A DNA stretch of 64,000 nt from Azolla caroliniana (lineage: Eukaryota; Plantae; Polypodiophyta). Every line of letters starts with the position of its first letter. Position 1 is the first letter of the stretch. Of this stretch, positions 12,490-25,800 are shown in pieces. The position numbers and the translations under genes are program-made. The stretch lies in assembly GCA_043228905.1 (NCBI GenBank), contig JBHGNT010000005.1:3534001-3598000 (forward strand), given 5' to 3'. The notes under the pieces were generated by a model. It worked only from the letters and a program-made list of their open reading frames with translations, made no database searches and was not told the DNA's origin.

Positions 12490-15250
12490 ATGAGGGCCAT
12501 CCTCATCTTTGCACTCTCTTTCCTAGCGGCATTCTCCTCAGCTTCATGTGACTTCTTTGACATTATAAGGCACGATGATCGCATGGTGAACACAGCATGT
12601 AAGAGCTGGAGGCTAAATGCAGAGATCGGAAACCTTGTTAACTGGACTGTGATTCCTGCTTCATGTGAGAATTATATTGGTGATTACATGGTTGGAGGGC
12701 AGTACACTTTTGATGTGGAGCTCTTGGCCGAAGAAGCTTTAACATATGCCAAGAATTTGATCCTCAAGGGAGATGGAAAGGATGCATGGATATTTGACAT
12801 CGATGACACTGCCCTCAGTCATGTTACATATTACTCAAGAAACCATTTCGGGTATGTTTTCTTTGCTCTTAACACAGGATGGTTTTCAGTTTTAAGCGAC
12901 ATTATATTTGTTATATAGTTTGCATCAGAATACCCTTCAAGACTACAATACCTACGACGGAGGGCTATAATAGTGCAAAAATTACTATTATGGACGGATA
13001 TTTGATGTTTGTTCTTGTGACAACGAGGAGGTAGGTTTAGTATGACATTAAGGATGGGTGTGTTCATAAGAGGAGGCGGTACAAGCATATGTAGTGTGAT
13101 TTCATTAAAATCTAAAATAAAGTTGATGAGGGGAATCGGAAATCGTGTATCGGAATCTTCACACGTAGAATATCAACTAATTCTACGAACAGACTACCAA
13201 ATAACTTAGTAGGCCCTATGGATAGACGGTGAGAAGGAATTGGACATCTTGAGATATTGAATATCAACTTTTATGAAACAAAAGTTATGGCCTGTGATTT
13301 TTCAGATTACAGATTTAATTTATTAGGGATATGACATAATTTGATTGAAACCAACCAATAAGGAGCATGTAGAATGTCTTGAAGAGCATATGTGCATGTA
13401 TGTAGATCATGGAAAATCAATTAGGGATTTTGACGCGTGGAACTTCAACTTTCATGAAACCAAAGGTAGGCATTCCATTTCAAATTATCATTTGAGCAAC
13501 GGCCCAGACTTTCTCAATGCCGAGAGCAACAGGCTATAAAACCTCATTTCCATTCCCTAATTTTCATACAAGAGTTATTGGGCTGTAACAGAAGTGTGTC
13601 AGGCTTAGCTTCACTTGTTATAATCGAATCGATTAAGTCAATTAGTATTATAACCATTAGAATGGATTTTTCATTCAATCTTCATACAAAAGTTCTGCGG
13701 ATTATCATCTACGTTTGGAGATACTAGGTTCTGGAAATATCCTTTAGTGTTTTTTGTTTCCACAGAGTCTTGAGAGATTATCTACCCATAATCTCTAATA
13801 TCGTGTTCTCATTATAATTGAATTTAAAGCACTATCTATGGATGCTACAGTTACTGTTATGAACTAGAATTAGTTTCTGTATAATTTGTTCCCCACATCA
13901 TTATGGCAACATTGTCATCATAATCCCATCATTGTTGCAACATTGTCATCATAATCCCATCATTGTTGCAAAATTGACATCATAATCCTATGTTAAAGCA
14001 TTAACTGTAACAATATAGAATGGAAGTGTTTCCATTACAGGAATCACAATGATTCTACTTTGGTGAGGCCATTCAAAAGCTCCAATTACTTGGACATGCG
14101 CCCCTTAGTATCATGATTATCGTTGCAATTTTTGTAAGATCAAATCATGTATAGCCCAACAAAATCCAAAACAACGGCATCTCCCCTAAAAGCATCCTTT
14201 CATATTCTCTATGATTTCTAATGGAATGTGATGAAGTGCTATTGCAATGTCAAAATTTTCTGAAATCTGAGACTTTCAGTTAGAAGGTCCGCTTCAAAAG
14301 ATTACAGAGGAATTTAGAACTCAGACAGGATCTTTTTCTGACTTTATATGAACTTGAATAGTAAATCATTAGCTAATTGTTATATAATTATTTGTCTCTA
14401 GTCAATTTCCAAGCTCCACAACATTCCTATGTTCCCTCTGATTGCAGTAAACCGGAATATCTATGAATATTAAGTGAGGTTCAAATGTACTATCACCTAT
14501 CCTATATGTTCAATGATCAGTGCTCAATACCGTTTCATCATTCTGAGCTTGCATCGTATATCAGAGTTATTATGCTTGGTTTCACATTTTCTTTTTTGGC
14601 AGGGCCATTCCATTCAATAGAACCAGTTGGGGTGAGTGGGAGGTTTTGGCTGAAGCTCCAGCTATAGGTCCTATATTGTCTTTGTACAACCTATTGATTG
14701 AAGCAAAAGTCAGTGTTTTCTTTCTCACCGGAAGAGGTGAGAATAAACGCAATATTACTGAACAGAATTTACGTCAAGAAGGATACACTGGTTGGACAGA
14801 CCTGATCTTAAGGTACTGCTATGTCTGGTTATATAACATGGAGAAGTAGTTTCTTTTGCAAATACAACATAAGGAGGAGAAGTTTCTTGTACAAATATAA
14901 CATTGAGAAGAAGTTTCAATCACAAATATAAAAACATTACAAAAAATTAATCAAATAGCGCATAAAGGAGTCTCTTCACCACTACAATATTAAATAGAAA
15001 TTTCTTTAATAAATGTAACATTAACTAAAAGCTCTTTCTACAGTATATAACGTTCATGATTTCTGATTGTAGGCAAGAGGAAGATGAGGTTTTAACAGCC
15101 ACAGCTTATAAGTCAGCTAGGAGGCTTGAACTGGAGGAGCAAGGATATCAGATTTGGGGCAATATGGGTGATCAATGGAGTGATATAAAAGGATATGCCA
15201 CTGGTAACCGCGTGTTTAAAGTACCAAATCCGATGTATTTCATTGCTTAA
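12490..15250 (+). CDS. Secreted acid phosphatase, HAD subfamily IIIB (class B / VSP-like), 3 exons
   Basis: Exons 12490-12851, 14603-14812 and 15073-15250. Signal peptide MRAILIFALSFLAAFSSASC, then CKSWRLNAE, catalytic WIFDIDDTALS (DxDxT), FLTGR, GNMGDQWSD and FKVPNPMY. Confidence 0.93.
13090..13849. mobile_element. Probable degenerate LTR/solo-LTR remnant in acid phosphatase intron 1
   Basis: TGTAG...CTACA ends, an internal TATAAAA and LTR-like composition. No matching TSD, so the boundaries are uncertain. Confidence 0.3.
13896..13990. repeat. ~30 bp minisatellite, 3 copies
   Basis: catcattgttgcaacattgtcatcataatcc repeated three times. Confidence 0.85.
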
Positions 15251-16403
15251 CCTCCTACACCTAGTTAAAAGCTTCCAAAAACATTTGCCATTTTTAGTAT
15301 CCTATCCAAAGATGGGAGATACGTTGAAATTTGAAAAGAAAAACCAAAGTGTGTATATCATTCTTTTGCATTGGCCTTGCCTATGCTGCCTGGTGATCCG
15401 GAACTACTCAAATCTCTTTCCAAACCTGTATATTGTGTATGTTTCATGAACCATGGTCATGTCCAGCGGCTTGTTTGTGGTAATAGTGATTACTGAATCC
15501 GTCGCCTTCATTTATAAAAAAACAAGGGCTATCTTTCATCAAATTGAAACAGTGGTATATATTAAATGCTTGAGCGTTGGGCACGATTAATGAGAGTAGT
15601 AAAGTATCTACACTTTGCCCTAAACAAGTTTGATGGTTTAGAGTATTACACTTTAATAAAGTGCTTTGTTTTCCACACATCTTCGACCAAACTGAATCCT
15701 TGTACGAATTTCTCTCAGAGTAGCAATGTGCATCCTCAATTGGGACATTCATTAGTAAAGTTCATGAACATAGAAAGTCACTACCCACTTTCAGATATGG
15801 TACGTGAAAATATTATATTTTTGTCTCATTGGTAATATTTGACCTCCAAAGATAATAATAAAATTCTTTCTAAGAGAGAAATTGTGCTCACTTATTATCC
15901 TTCTTCAAAAAGTATGTTGAAAGGTTCAACCAAATACTTGTAACACAACAAAGAAATAGGAGTCAAGTTCATGCTTCCTTCCATGCCAATTGTAGTCTTT
16001 TCACACAAGAAAAGAATCGGAAGATGGAGGTTGTGATATGGTGGTGTTGAGTGTTAGTAGGTAGACGCACTTCATTGCATGTGTAGCATAATGACAGACA
16101 AACAAAGGACATTGTGACTTGGATGTTTGCAAAACATTTTATTGAAATTTGTGATTTGGAGATTTATGATGCGCTACAAAAATTCTCTCAAACTTGCATG
16201 AAAATAATGACGATATGCAAGACAAACACGCACCAAACTATTCATCGGAAACTAGTATATACTAGGACTCTCAAGACATAGCATACAAGGACCAAGAAAT
16301 TACTGTCCAAAATATTCTTCTCCAATGCCCAAATTGTGTATAACTAACAAATTTATCATCAATTTCCTTTTTCACGTTGGCACTTACAAGTTTAAGGATA
16401 TAT

Positions 16404-17030
16404 TGTAGTTGCCTTTGAGGGTCTGCCATTTGCTATGAGATCAATTTCCGATCGACCGAGCTCCGCAGATTTCCGTTTCCTCTCATTCTCAGTTTCAGTT
16501 TCTGGTGGTGTTGCGAGGCCTCCATTTTGTGTTGGTACCCCGTGTACTCCCAATCAGAGGCTCGACATCAGTGTGTGTGAGTGTGAGGAGTTAGTAGCGT
16601 TGTTGCCAGCCGAGTCTGGTTGTAATTTTTTCTCTGTTGATTAATAGATTATTTGTTGCCTCCTTGTTCTCTGTCTTCTCTGTTCTGTTGTGTTCTTGTC
16701 ACCATCCCTTCTCAATTGTGTGTGCGTGCCCGAGTGTGTGAGTTGTGAGCTCGTTGTGCATTGTCTAGGGCTGCTTCGGAACTGGTAAAGTGTGCCGCAC
16801 CCATGCACTCACCATAAGGCATCCGAAAACCGGTCCGGATCACACTTTGGCAAACTTGTCCGAGAACTGAACCAAGTAATCCTTTTCCTTACCGACTCTG
16901 GAATAGTGCTCTTGCGAGAGATATCCAGACACCGGTCCGGTTAACGCTTCTTCCCTTACCGGCTCCTTGGACCGAGACCCCGGTGGTCCCGCCCCATTCC
17001 AACACATCCACGCGGAAATTTGCGACAACG
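16404..17030. mobile_element. Possible gypsy-type LTR remnant directly upstream of the LMW-PTP gene
   Basis: GC-richer, CpG-containing block ending ...cccgccccattccaaca / aaatttgcgacaac, resembling LTR 3' ends. No TSD found. Confidence 0.3.
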
Positions 17031-17209
17031 TGTAAGAATTTTGGCATAGTAACCTGGTCAAACTATAAACCATCATCACACATATTGAATAGTGGAGGAG
17101 GAGGGGCTACAATGTTTCAAGGAGATGATGGAAACGATAGGGGCACTCGTGGAGATTAGCCACAACGCAGGGGTACCCTGGGAATAAGACGAAACCATAG
17201 CGCTAAGGC

Positions 17210-20011
17210 ATGTGGCTATTGGCTATGGCTATGGTTATGGCTACACCTATGGCGCTCTCGTCCAGCCGAGCTCTGTTTGTGGCGGGCATTTCTGCGCCTC
17301 TGAAAGAAACGCCTCTGCGTTGCTCGTTCGTTTCTTCTACTTCTCTTTCTCCTTCCTGTGCTGCCGATCTTCGCAGAGTGCTGACTGTTCCCGTTCGTCC
17401 GTCTTCATACGCCATCAACGGAAGTGGCTCGAGAATCTGCCCTCGCAATGCGATGGAAGCTTCGAATTATTCTGTCAGAGAAGAAGTTCCTCGCATCTCT
17501 GTGCTTTTTGTCTGCTGGGGTATGGAATAAATTCACTTTGCATACGTATGTATATGATGAGCATACGCTGTTTCTTCTCTTATTTTTCTGCTGCATATAT
17601 CCGTTCATCGTGTAACTTTCGATTTTTTATATATTACATATATAGACACAGGGCAAGAGAAGTCCTCCGTCCTCCTCTTTGATGATGCTGAAAGAATGTC
17701 TTAATTCAGTTTAAAAAAAAAAACTAATTTTAGAAGGGATGCCATAATCATTGGCTTCTTCCACGGAGATATTCATATGCATATACGTATAACTTATGCA
17801 AAATATAACTCATACTAAAGAAGTTCTAAACCTTCTCTTGTGTTGGATTTTTTTATTCATTCTTTCATGTATTCCATTGAAACAGGAAACATTTGCAGAA
17901 GTCCCACAGCTGAAGCTGTTTTCAGATATGCTGTGAAGAAAAGAGGACTAGATGAATATTTCAACATTGATTCTGCCGGAACAATTTCCTATCATGAGGT
18001 AAAAGTGTTCTTTGCCAAATTCAAAATTTCACTTATTTAACCGTGTACAGTTATCTGCTGTTTGCTAAATTAAAATTCTCACATATTTCACAATATAGGG
18101 ATGTTGTTGATCTAATTTTCTTTGAAAAAGGGTGAACCGGCAGATGCAAGGATGAAGGCTGCAGCAGTAAAACGTGGCATTAAACTCACATCTCTTTCAA
18201 GGCCAATTCGCCCTTCAGATTTCAACGAGTTTGATCTTATCCTTGCTATGGATAATAAAAATAGAGGTAGCAAACAACATTTCACGATTTCAAATTTTTA
18301 TGCATATATGGTAGATGCAGTGGGATTCAAAATGATAGCAGCATTTCAAAGTTTTTGCTTTATTGTAATCAAAGTAATATTAACATTCAGCCGGATTTAA
18401 GAAGGTTGTAAATAGTAAATACCTTGACCTTAGTTTTTTTTCAAGTTTCACAGTGAGCCTCATATCATGTGTAAAGGAATGTTGGATACCTGAGTGTCTA
18501 TGTATTCTTGTGTAGAATCTGAAATGAGTACACTATCATCTGCATAGAATAGTAGTGGTATTCAAATATCAGAGTTTCTGAAGACAATAGCCAATCATGG
18601 TGGTAGGCTAATTAATTGATACAGGAGGATCTCTAGGCCTTTCTGCAGGTATAATGTTGAATCATGCTTGTTGGATACGTACTGGATTCATATACCTGGC
18701 GATGTGATAGGATATGTAGATGTAGGAGTAGTGCGGGAGGATCCAAAACATGGTTCACAATGCTGCTTCCATGTATGTAGAGAAAGCAAATAAAGCATCT
18801 AGATTTAGGATTTCTATCCAAGCTATTGAAAAAGTCCTATCCAAGCGCATTACCCATGTCAATCAAGTAGCTCCCATACTCTGTATTCTCAGATCATGCT
18901 GTGTCTAGTGAGTCCTATTTCTCCAAACGTTTACTCTCTTGAACTTTCATTTGGTATGTCAAAGATGTACTAGTGGCACGATATCCTAGCATTGCAATCC
19001 CTTAAAATTTGGCACATGAAGAAGACTTGGTTTATTCAAACAAACCTCTTTCTATGGAGAACTTGAAATTCAGCCTAGATCTTGTGAAGAATCATTTTAG
19101 ATTGTTAAAAAATGCAGGTCCCCTAGCTGATTATCCTCTTTTCTAGTATGTTTAGTGGAGAGCACCTTGGAATCTCTACATGTGGGTTTTAGCTGCTGAA
19201 ATAGGTTTAAACCTCTAGCTATGCTATAATGGGTTAGGAGCTCTGTTTGATTGTATTCTCTTCTACTAATTAAGAACTAGTGTAAGGGGCACCAAGTCTT
19301 TGGGGCCAACCTGGTGTCAACTTGGTCAATGGCAATCTAGCTTCCTATATGTGAAATTAAGTTTTAGTAAGCTTTAAGTTTTTGTTTAGACAATATCCTA
19401 TTCTTGGATTGTACCGCTGAAAATGATAGATCACTTTGTGTAGTCTATGGCGGCATAGTTAGTAGAAGGTAAAGTTGTGAATCTTGCAGTAATCCTTTGA
19501 TTTTAACTCATGTCACAGTGCAATTATGCGGCATAGAAAATCTTTAGTTTCTCTCTCTCTCTCTCTCTCTCTCATTCTCATTTCAGTGGACATACTGAAG
19601 GCACATAGCGAGTGGAGCACAACACAGGATCTTCCCCCTAATTCAGAGCAAAAGGTTTGTACATTTTTCTTTTGGTTCCTGCTAGATGCATCAAGAAAGA
19701 GAACTGTTTTGCTTCTAGCAAGTAGTTTTCTCTGTTTGAATGTGGTATGTGCTCTTTTTGCTAGGTGAGGATGATGTGTGAGTACTGTAGGAAGCATGAA
19801 GAGAGGGAGGTGCCCGATCCTTACTATGGGGGACCTGCTGGTTTTGAGAAGGTCTTCATTGTTTTCTTTCTGATTTGATGAAAACAAGAACACAGTCAAG
19901 TCAAGATGTAATCTGTATTTGGTTAAATGTTTTTTTTTTCAGGTCCTTGATCTCCTTGAAGATGCTTGTGAAACTTTGCTTGATTCCTTGGTTCCCAGCA
20001 TTAAGAGCTAA
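17210..20011 (+). CDS. Low-molecular-weight protein tyrosine phosphatase with a plastid-type transit peptide, 6 exons
   Basis: Exons 17210-17519, 17886-17998, 18131-18266, 19587-19654, 19765-19851 and 19943-20011. P-loop [16 protein letters not shown] (CX5R), [14 protein letters not shown] and VPDPYYGG...[12 protein letters not shown]. Ser/Arg-rich N-terminus; the exact start Met is uncertain (several ATGs at 17210-17250). Confidence 0.92.
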
Positions 20012-20409
20012 AATACCAACTAGATTTTGGATAAATACTTATTCACAGATTTGAGGGAAACAATTCCTTGGATCACATTCTTATTTATGATAATGTTAAG
20101 ATATTGCTTAACGACCAATAAATCAATCCCACTATCTTTGGGTTTCAATATAATTTTGTAAATAATGAACTCTTTGCATGGTGGGTCAAGAATGAGAATG
20201 ACGTGAAAACATTAATGCACTTCAGTTGGAGAGATTACAAAGATTGCCTTTGTCAGTTACTTTGAGACATTACATGGTGTTTTAACATTCATATCTATGC
20301 ACATGCATAATTTCACCTTTTAAATTCTCAAATAATTTATTGCGTTTGTTGATATCAAACTTAAATTATAACAGAATGGCTTTATTAAACTGAAAGGAGC
20401 ATTTTAGGT

Positions 20410-20780
20410 AATGTGTGTATGTGTACACATATAATCTAAGGTCTAGATGAAAGGTCATAATACAATTTTGTGCAAATGTGAACTTTTGAAGGACAATGTG
20501 GGAGAAGACTTCAGATTCAACAAAAGTATGCAGTAATCTTGTAGGTTGTTTAGTCTGTCAGTAATGATAGTTTGATTTGCATTAATTGGTGTGTGTATAT
20601 GTATGTATATAATCTAAGGTCTAGATGAGTTATCATAATACTACTGAGCAAATGTGATTGACCTTTAGGCAATGTGGGACAAGACTTAGCATTCAACAAA
20701 AGTATGTAGTAGTTGAAAAAATACACTTATAGGCTGTTTAATCTTTTCTTTAAAGGTTGGTTGATTTGCATTGCTTGGTG
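20410..20780. repeat. ~180 bp diverged tandem duplication
   Basis: tgtgtgtat...ataatctaaggtctagatga...caatgtggga.aagactt..attcaacaaaagtatg...tttgatttgcatt occurs twice. Confidence 0.8.
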
Positions 20781-21562
20781 GTGTCTAGTGTTCAATGAAG
20801 TGTCTATTGTTTGCATACTTCTCTTAGAAATGAAGGTACGATGGACACCTTAATATAAAGCATTCCTTGCTTTTGATATCATATGCACATAGTTCGCACA
20901 TCGTTTGGCCCTTGGTATGCAACATGTTCATCCTTCTTTGATCTCTCATTGGTGGGAGGAAACACTATGTAGCATGTATATACTAGAGACACATGTACCT
21001 TTTTATTTGGTTGAATCATTCACTAAATAAATTCATGACTTGATTGTTGTAATAAGGCATGTATAGAGTTGCCCTACACCTTGTCTCAATACCTTGTTCC
21101 ATTCACTATTATGTAGAGGTATACAATATTGAACGGGTAGGAATGTCGAAGACATTCTCAAACCGCTTTATCAAATGTGAGTACGATGACCCTTGTGTAC
21201 AAGTTATGTTGTCCCCAATTTGTGGCAATGCTTTAAATACCTTACATGTACTTCTTTCAAGTGTGGCATTGTTCAAATCAGGTCCATGAGGTTTATTGTT
21301 TGAAATAGTGAGTTGTCTACCAACATCAAGGGTGTTGCCATTTTAACATGAATGGCCTCTTTGTGGGGTGGATACTTTGTTTACGTATAATCTATGACAA
21401 CATGGGGTGCCTTGAAGCCCATCACATGGTTGCAATGTGTATGTATAAGGACAAGGGTGATAGTGGTGTCAAAATAACCATACTTTTGGTCCTAGAAGTG
21501 TCAAGAAGAGCACACACATGTGGATGTGGAAAGAAGACATTATAACATGACATGATGATATA

Positions 21563-22597
21563 TAGTAGACATTCGGTTAAGTGTGTGTGTGTGTGTTTAC
21601 GATTATGAGTCTGTAATTTTGATTCTTGATTAAAGAAAATAAGCCAAGAAGGGCAAACAATATCACGTGCACGACATGGTTCGATGATCGTTGGATTATA
21701 CTTTAATTCAGCCTTTTCATTGTATTCGTCACCTCTGCATGAGCTGTCATTATTGTAGATTCCAACTAAGTAAGCAATTCATTCTCGAATTTTCCTTCTG
21801 TCTCTATGGCTAGAGCAACCCCTTTCAACCTTTTAACTCTACTATGAAGTTCTCCAATTCCTTCATCAACATCACCTTGCAAGACATCCCCTCTAAGTTG
21901 CAATTGATCATTCGGTGCTAGTATATGATTATTTCGACCTTGGTTGTGGTTAATTGCCATGATGATATCTTGATGATCATGAATAGTCAATTTTTTGGAG
22001 CAATTGGCCGTGAACGCGAGCTCTCCTTCTCCATGTGCAACAAAACTTCTGCATGTGCCACGTGCGTGTGTGCTCTTTTCCTGCATGAAGAAAACCTCTC
22101 TCCCTCCCTCTCTCTTTCTATGATCTTGTTTATTCTCAAAGATGACTGAAGTTGCAGCCTATGATTTGTCCATTGCTCCCCCTCTCTCTTTTCGTATCTT
22201 CACCATCCATACTTCAATTCCTCAAACTTGCCGCTACTAGGAGGAAAGCACAAGAAAAAATCCCATCGCATCCAAGGAAGCTCATTAGGTTTGTTGCATA
22301 ATGGATGTTAGTATTCCTCAAACGTAGCAAAAAGGCGAAAACTGAAGGTAATCTAGAATCGAGAAAGAAACTGAAGAGAATGTATGCTGAAACAAAAAAC
22401 TTTTCAAGTAAATGATATCACGAAAATTGATCACTTTTCTTATCAAGAATTATATGATTAGAGCACAGAAGGAAAATATTTCAAAAAACCCTAAAAAATG
22501 TTTTAGAAAACCCCTAAGTGCACACCTCGGTTAAGTAAGTGTGCACTTCTTCCTTGCGTTCAAAGTAAGAAGTGCGCACTTAACCGAATGTCTATTG
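21563..22597. mobile_element. Non-autonomous Tc1/mariner (pogo-like) TIR element carrying a host gene fragment (Pack-type)
   Basis: 21-bp TIRs at 21563-21583 (TAGTAGACATTCGGTTAAGTG) and 22577-22597 (reverse complement CAATAGACATTCGGTTAAGTG), 19/21 identical with consensus CAGTAGAC... Flanked by TA on both sides (21561-62, 22598-99). A subterminal inverted copy (cggttaagt..gtgcacttctt) sits at ~22528-22551. Confidence 0.8.
21601..21960 (-). pseudogene. Intronless SFT1/Bet1-like Qc-SNARE pseudogene (At4g14600/At1g29060 family)
   Basis: Reads MAINHNQGR...DQLQLRGDVLQGDVDEGIGELHSRVKRLKGVALAIETEGKFENELLT*LESTIMTAHAEVTNTMKRLN*SIIQRSSNHVVHVILFALLGLFSL, colinear with the SFT1 SNARE motif and TM anchor. 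Two in-frame stops (TAG, TAA). Confidence 0.85.
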
Positions 22598-22722
22598 TAG
22601 CTAGCCTCTTTATCTTAACCTTTCCTATGTTTTAGAGGGTAATACTACATATATATATGTACACATTTTATTCACCCACACCTTTCCTATGTTTAGAGGG
22701 TATATATAATATGTACACATTT

Positions 22723-22764
<42 letters not shown>

Positions 22765-22867
22765 CACAGGTCTCATCAAAATCTTAGTGTTTCATTTTAG
22801 CATTGAGACTTTCTGCGAGAGATCGTGACACACAGACATTTAGACAGAAGATTACGATTCTGCAGCG

Positions 22868-25800
22868 ATGGGATATGCTTCGACTGCTTTTCTTAATATC
22901 TCTCCTTATGCTTTCTCTGCTGTGGGCATCGCCATTGGTGTGGGTGTCTCCGTCCTCGGAGCCGCGTGGTAAACTCAAACCCTTACTTCTCCTCCTTCTT
23001 CAGGGTGTTTCGCCTGTTTGTGCCCGGAAATTTCATTAGGGGGTTGCATTCATTTTCAATATACATAATCGATCTATAAGTATGTTGAGCATGAAATCAT
23101 CGATCTATCTTTGTGGAAAGAAAGTCACTTCTTTTGTATTGAATTTCATATGCCACTATGTTAAATTCGATTAGATCATGCATTGTTTTGGTATTTTAGT
23201 CCGGTTATAACTCCTGATAGATGCATAGCGAAATGATGAGTTCTTGGAGTCATGTATGATGAGCTTCATAAATTATTGATCTGTTTATATCTTCTGTCCA
23301 GAGAACTCTCATCATTCTGCATTAGCTTTCATGCATCACCCATCAGTATATATCGTTGTGTGTCTTCCATCTGTTCATATCATTTTATGTTGCATCCGTA
23401 TTCAAACCATCAAGAAGTTGTATTTACATCTTGCAAATTTCTTTATTCTATAATTGTATCCATTCATTTCTTGGGATATGTATGGAATTTATATTATCGT
23501 ACAGGGGGATCTACATAACTGGAAGTAGCCTCATTGGAGCAGCTATCAAAGCGCCAAGAATTACATCAAAGAATCTGATAAGGTTAGAAATTTTTATAAC
23601 GAGAATTTAAGAGAAAGAATAAAGATAGAATTCAAAATAACTCGAAATGTCAGGATAAACAAGGGATTCAAAATAACTAGAAATTTCAGAATGAGGAAAA
23701 GGATGCAGTTACATTGATGTTTCAAAAGCATCCAAGAGGTTTTATGTTTGGTAAATTGAGAGGCTTGCTGAGATCTTTCTGTTTTAGAAAAACTTCATCA
23801 TATTAAGAGTATGATGATGGCACAAGCGTTTGCATTTACACAACATGACTCTCTTGTTCAAAAACGAAAGAAGAAGATAAAAGAATGTCTTGACATTATA
23901 TCTTCAACCGAAATTTTGTGTTATCTATAAATGGTTTTTAAACTCTTTCTCAAATTGGTATTTCTTTTATACACTATTAATGAATAATTAAAGAAAACCC
24001 TTAAGTTAGGTGGTCATTTAGCGAGTGTTTTAGCCTTCTAACATTGCTAATGATGTTGTTAAACGTATTCTTCTCCTTCACATTTGATTTTCTGCTCTCA
24101 TCCCTTCGTTCTTCCTCTCTCTCCTTGGGCTTCGTGACACATAATAAAATGTCTGCTTTTTTATTGCTTATTTCACGTCAGATCCACTGTTTTTTCACTT
24201 GTATTCTTATTCTTTTTTCACCCATAAGAATATCCTCCGTTGGTATTAACATAAAGTGGCCAAAGGCAATATACCAAACAGTCCACTATTACAAAGAATA
24301 TTGCCACATATTTAACTAGAAAACTATTGAACACTCATGTAGCTTCAGCAATCCAGCCACATTTAGCATCCATATCAAGCAAGGAATTACCACCAACAAC
24401 ACTGGGTTCAAACCCCCCCCCTCTTTTTACAAGCTGAATATGGATTTTTGGCCTTTAACACTGGAGTCTATGCCATTGCAAACTTGAAATCCAAAGAAAC
24501 TATTATCACATTCGGAGACACTCCCTCAAGTTGCGAATAAGCTTTGATAAGGGCCACAAAAATATGAGTTCTTGTATTCTTATTCTTTGCTTTGTAGTAC
24601 ACAAGATTTTTGCTAAAGCCAGATATTTCTATCCATACATACTAATTGCAAGTGTATTCACAAGGAAATAGCTATAACTCATAATTCTTCCAACCAGAAA
24701 ACTTTCATTGGAATGTTCACTATGTCATTATCCATGTGTGCGGACTTGTAGCATAAGTCATTTTGAAGGCAACAACATAGTTCTTCTAACCAGATAACTT
24801 TCATTTGGATGTTCACCATGTCATTACCCATGTTTGAAGACTTGTGGAATAAGTCATTTTGAAGGCAACCATGGGAAAATATTGTAGTAGCAAAAGACGA
24901 TAAACTAAATGACTGTATTGCAAGGGAAATAAATAATTCAGATGATCCAATATTTGAGATTTTTATTTATCTGAAATCTTCAATACAAAACAACAGTATA
25001 CAAGCAATAAACATCACTACAAAATGTTTTAGCCTGGAAGTGAAATGCCGAACCAAAACATCTATTCTATATACAGAGATATATAGATTATCATTAGAAA
25101 TAACCGAAATATGCTAATCTTACATCTTAAAATGTTCAATTTACAAAATAATTATCGAGCCTAATTATTGAGCAATACTTCAAAAAGTGCAGAAACATTG
25201 TTTTTTCTTCAAAGTTAAATCTTCAATTACATAAATGCCTATTACTGCATGACTTACAAAGAAGAAGGTCATAAATGATCAGATTTTAGAAGAAAGCTTG
25301 GATCTACACGGTGGAATGGGCCCCACAAATGAAGCTTTCCTCACCCTAAACACTCAGGGGTTGGAAGAAAGATGTGTACTAAATAGAGGAGGGTAAATCT
25401 GAACTCTCCTACCTAGTTACAGGCCACCTCCCCTAGATAAAGTATCCATGTAGCGTACGAAGTAGTGAAGCATGCCTCTGCTTAATAATACCACCGTCAG
25501 TCGTTTATGTGTGAAGAATGCAAAAACAAAACTTTTCTGTTTTAAGCGTCCTTGACATGTCATTTCTCTTCTAGGTTGTTTTCCCCCCTTTCCCCTCTTT
25601 CTCTCTATATGCATCTATCTGTATGCATTGTTATCTTGTCTTATTACAATACTTCCTGCTCAATTACCAGGGATTTTTGTCTGGTGCAAAGATGATAGCA
25701 ACCGCAAAGTCTATACATGAAGGGCTTCAAGGAATCTTTCTATGGGCCTTATATTCTAGGATTAGTGTTTATCTTAATATGATATTTTTTAATTCGACTC

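Noticed and set aside
5703-20011. Dioxygenase plus two phosphatases (and the distant isochorismatase) as a biosynthetic gene cluster or HGT island
   Set aside because: All are ordinary intron-containing plant housekeeping families; there is no scaffold-forming enzyme or shared pathway logic.
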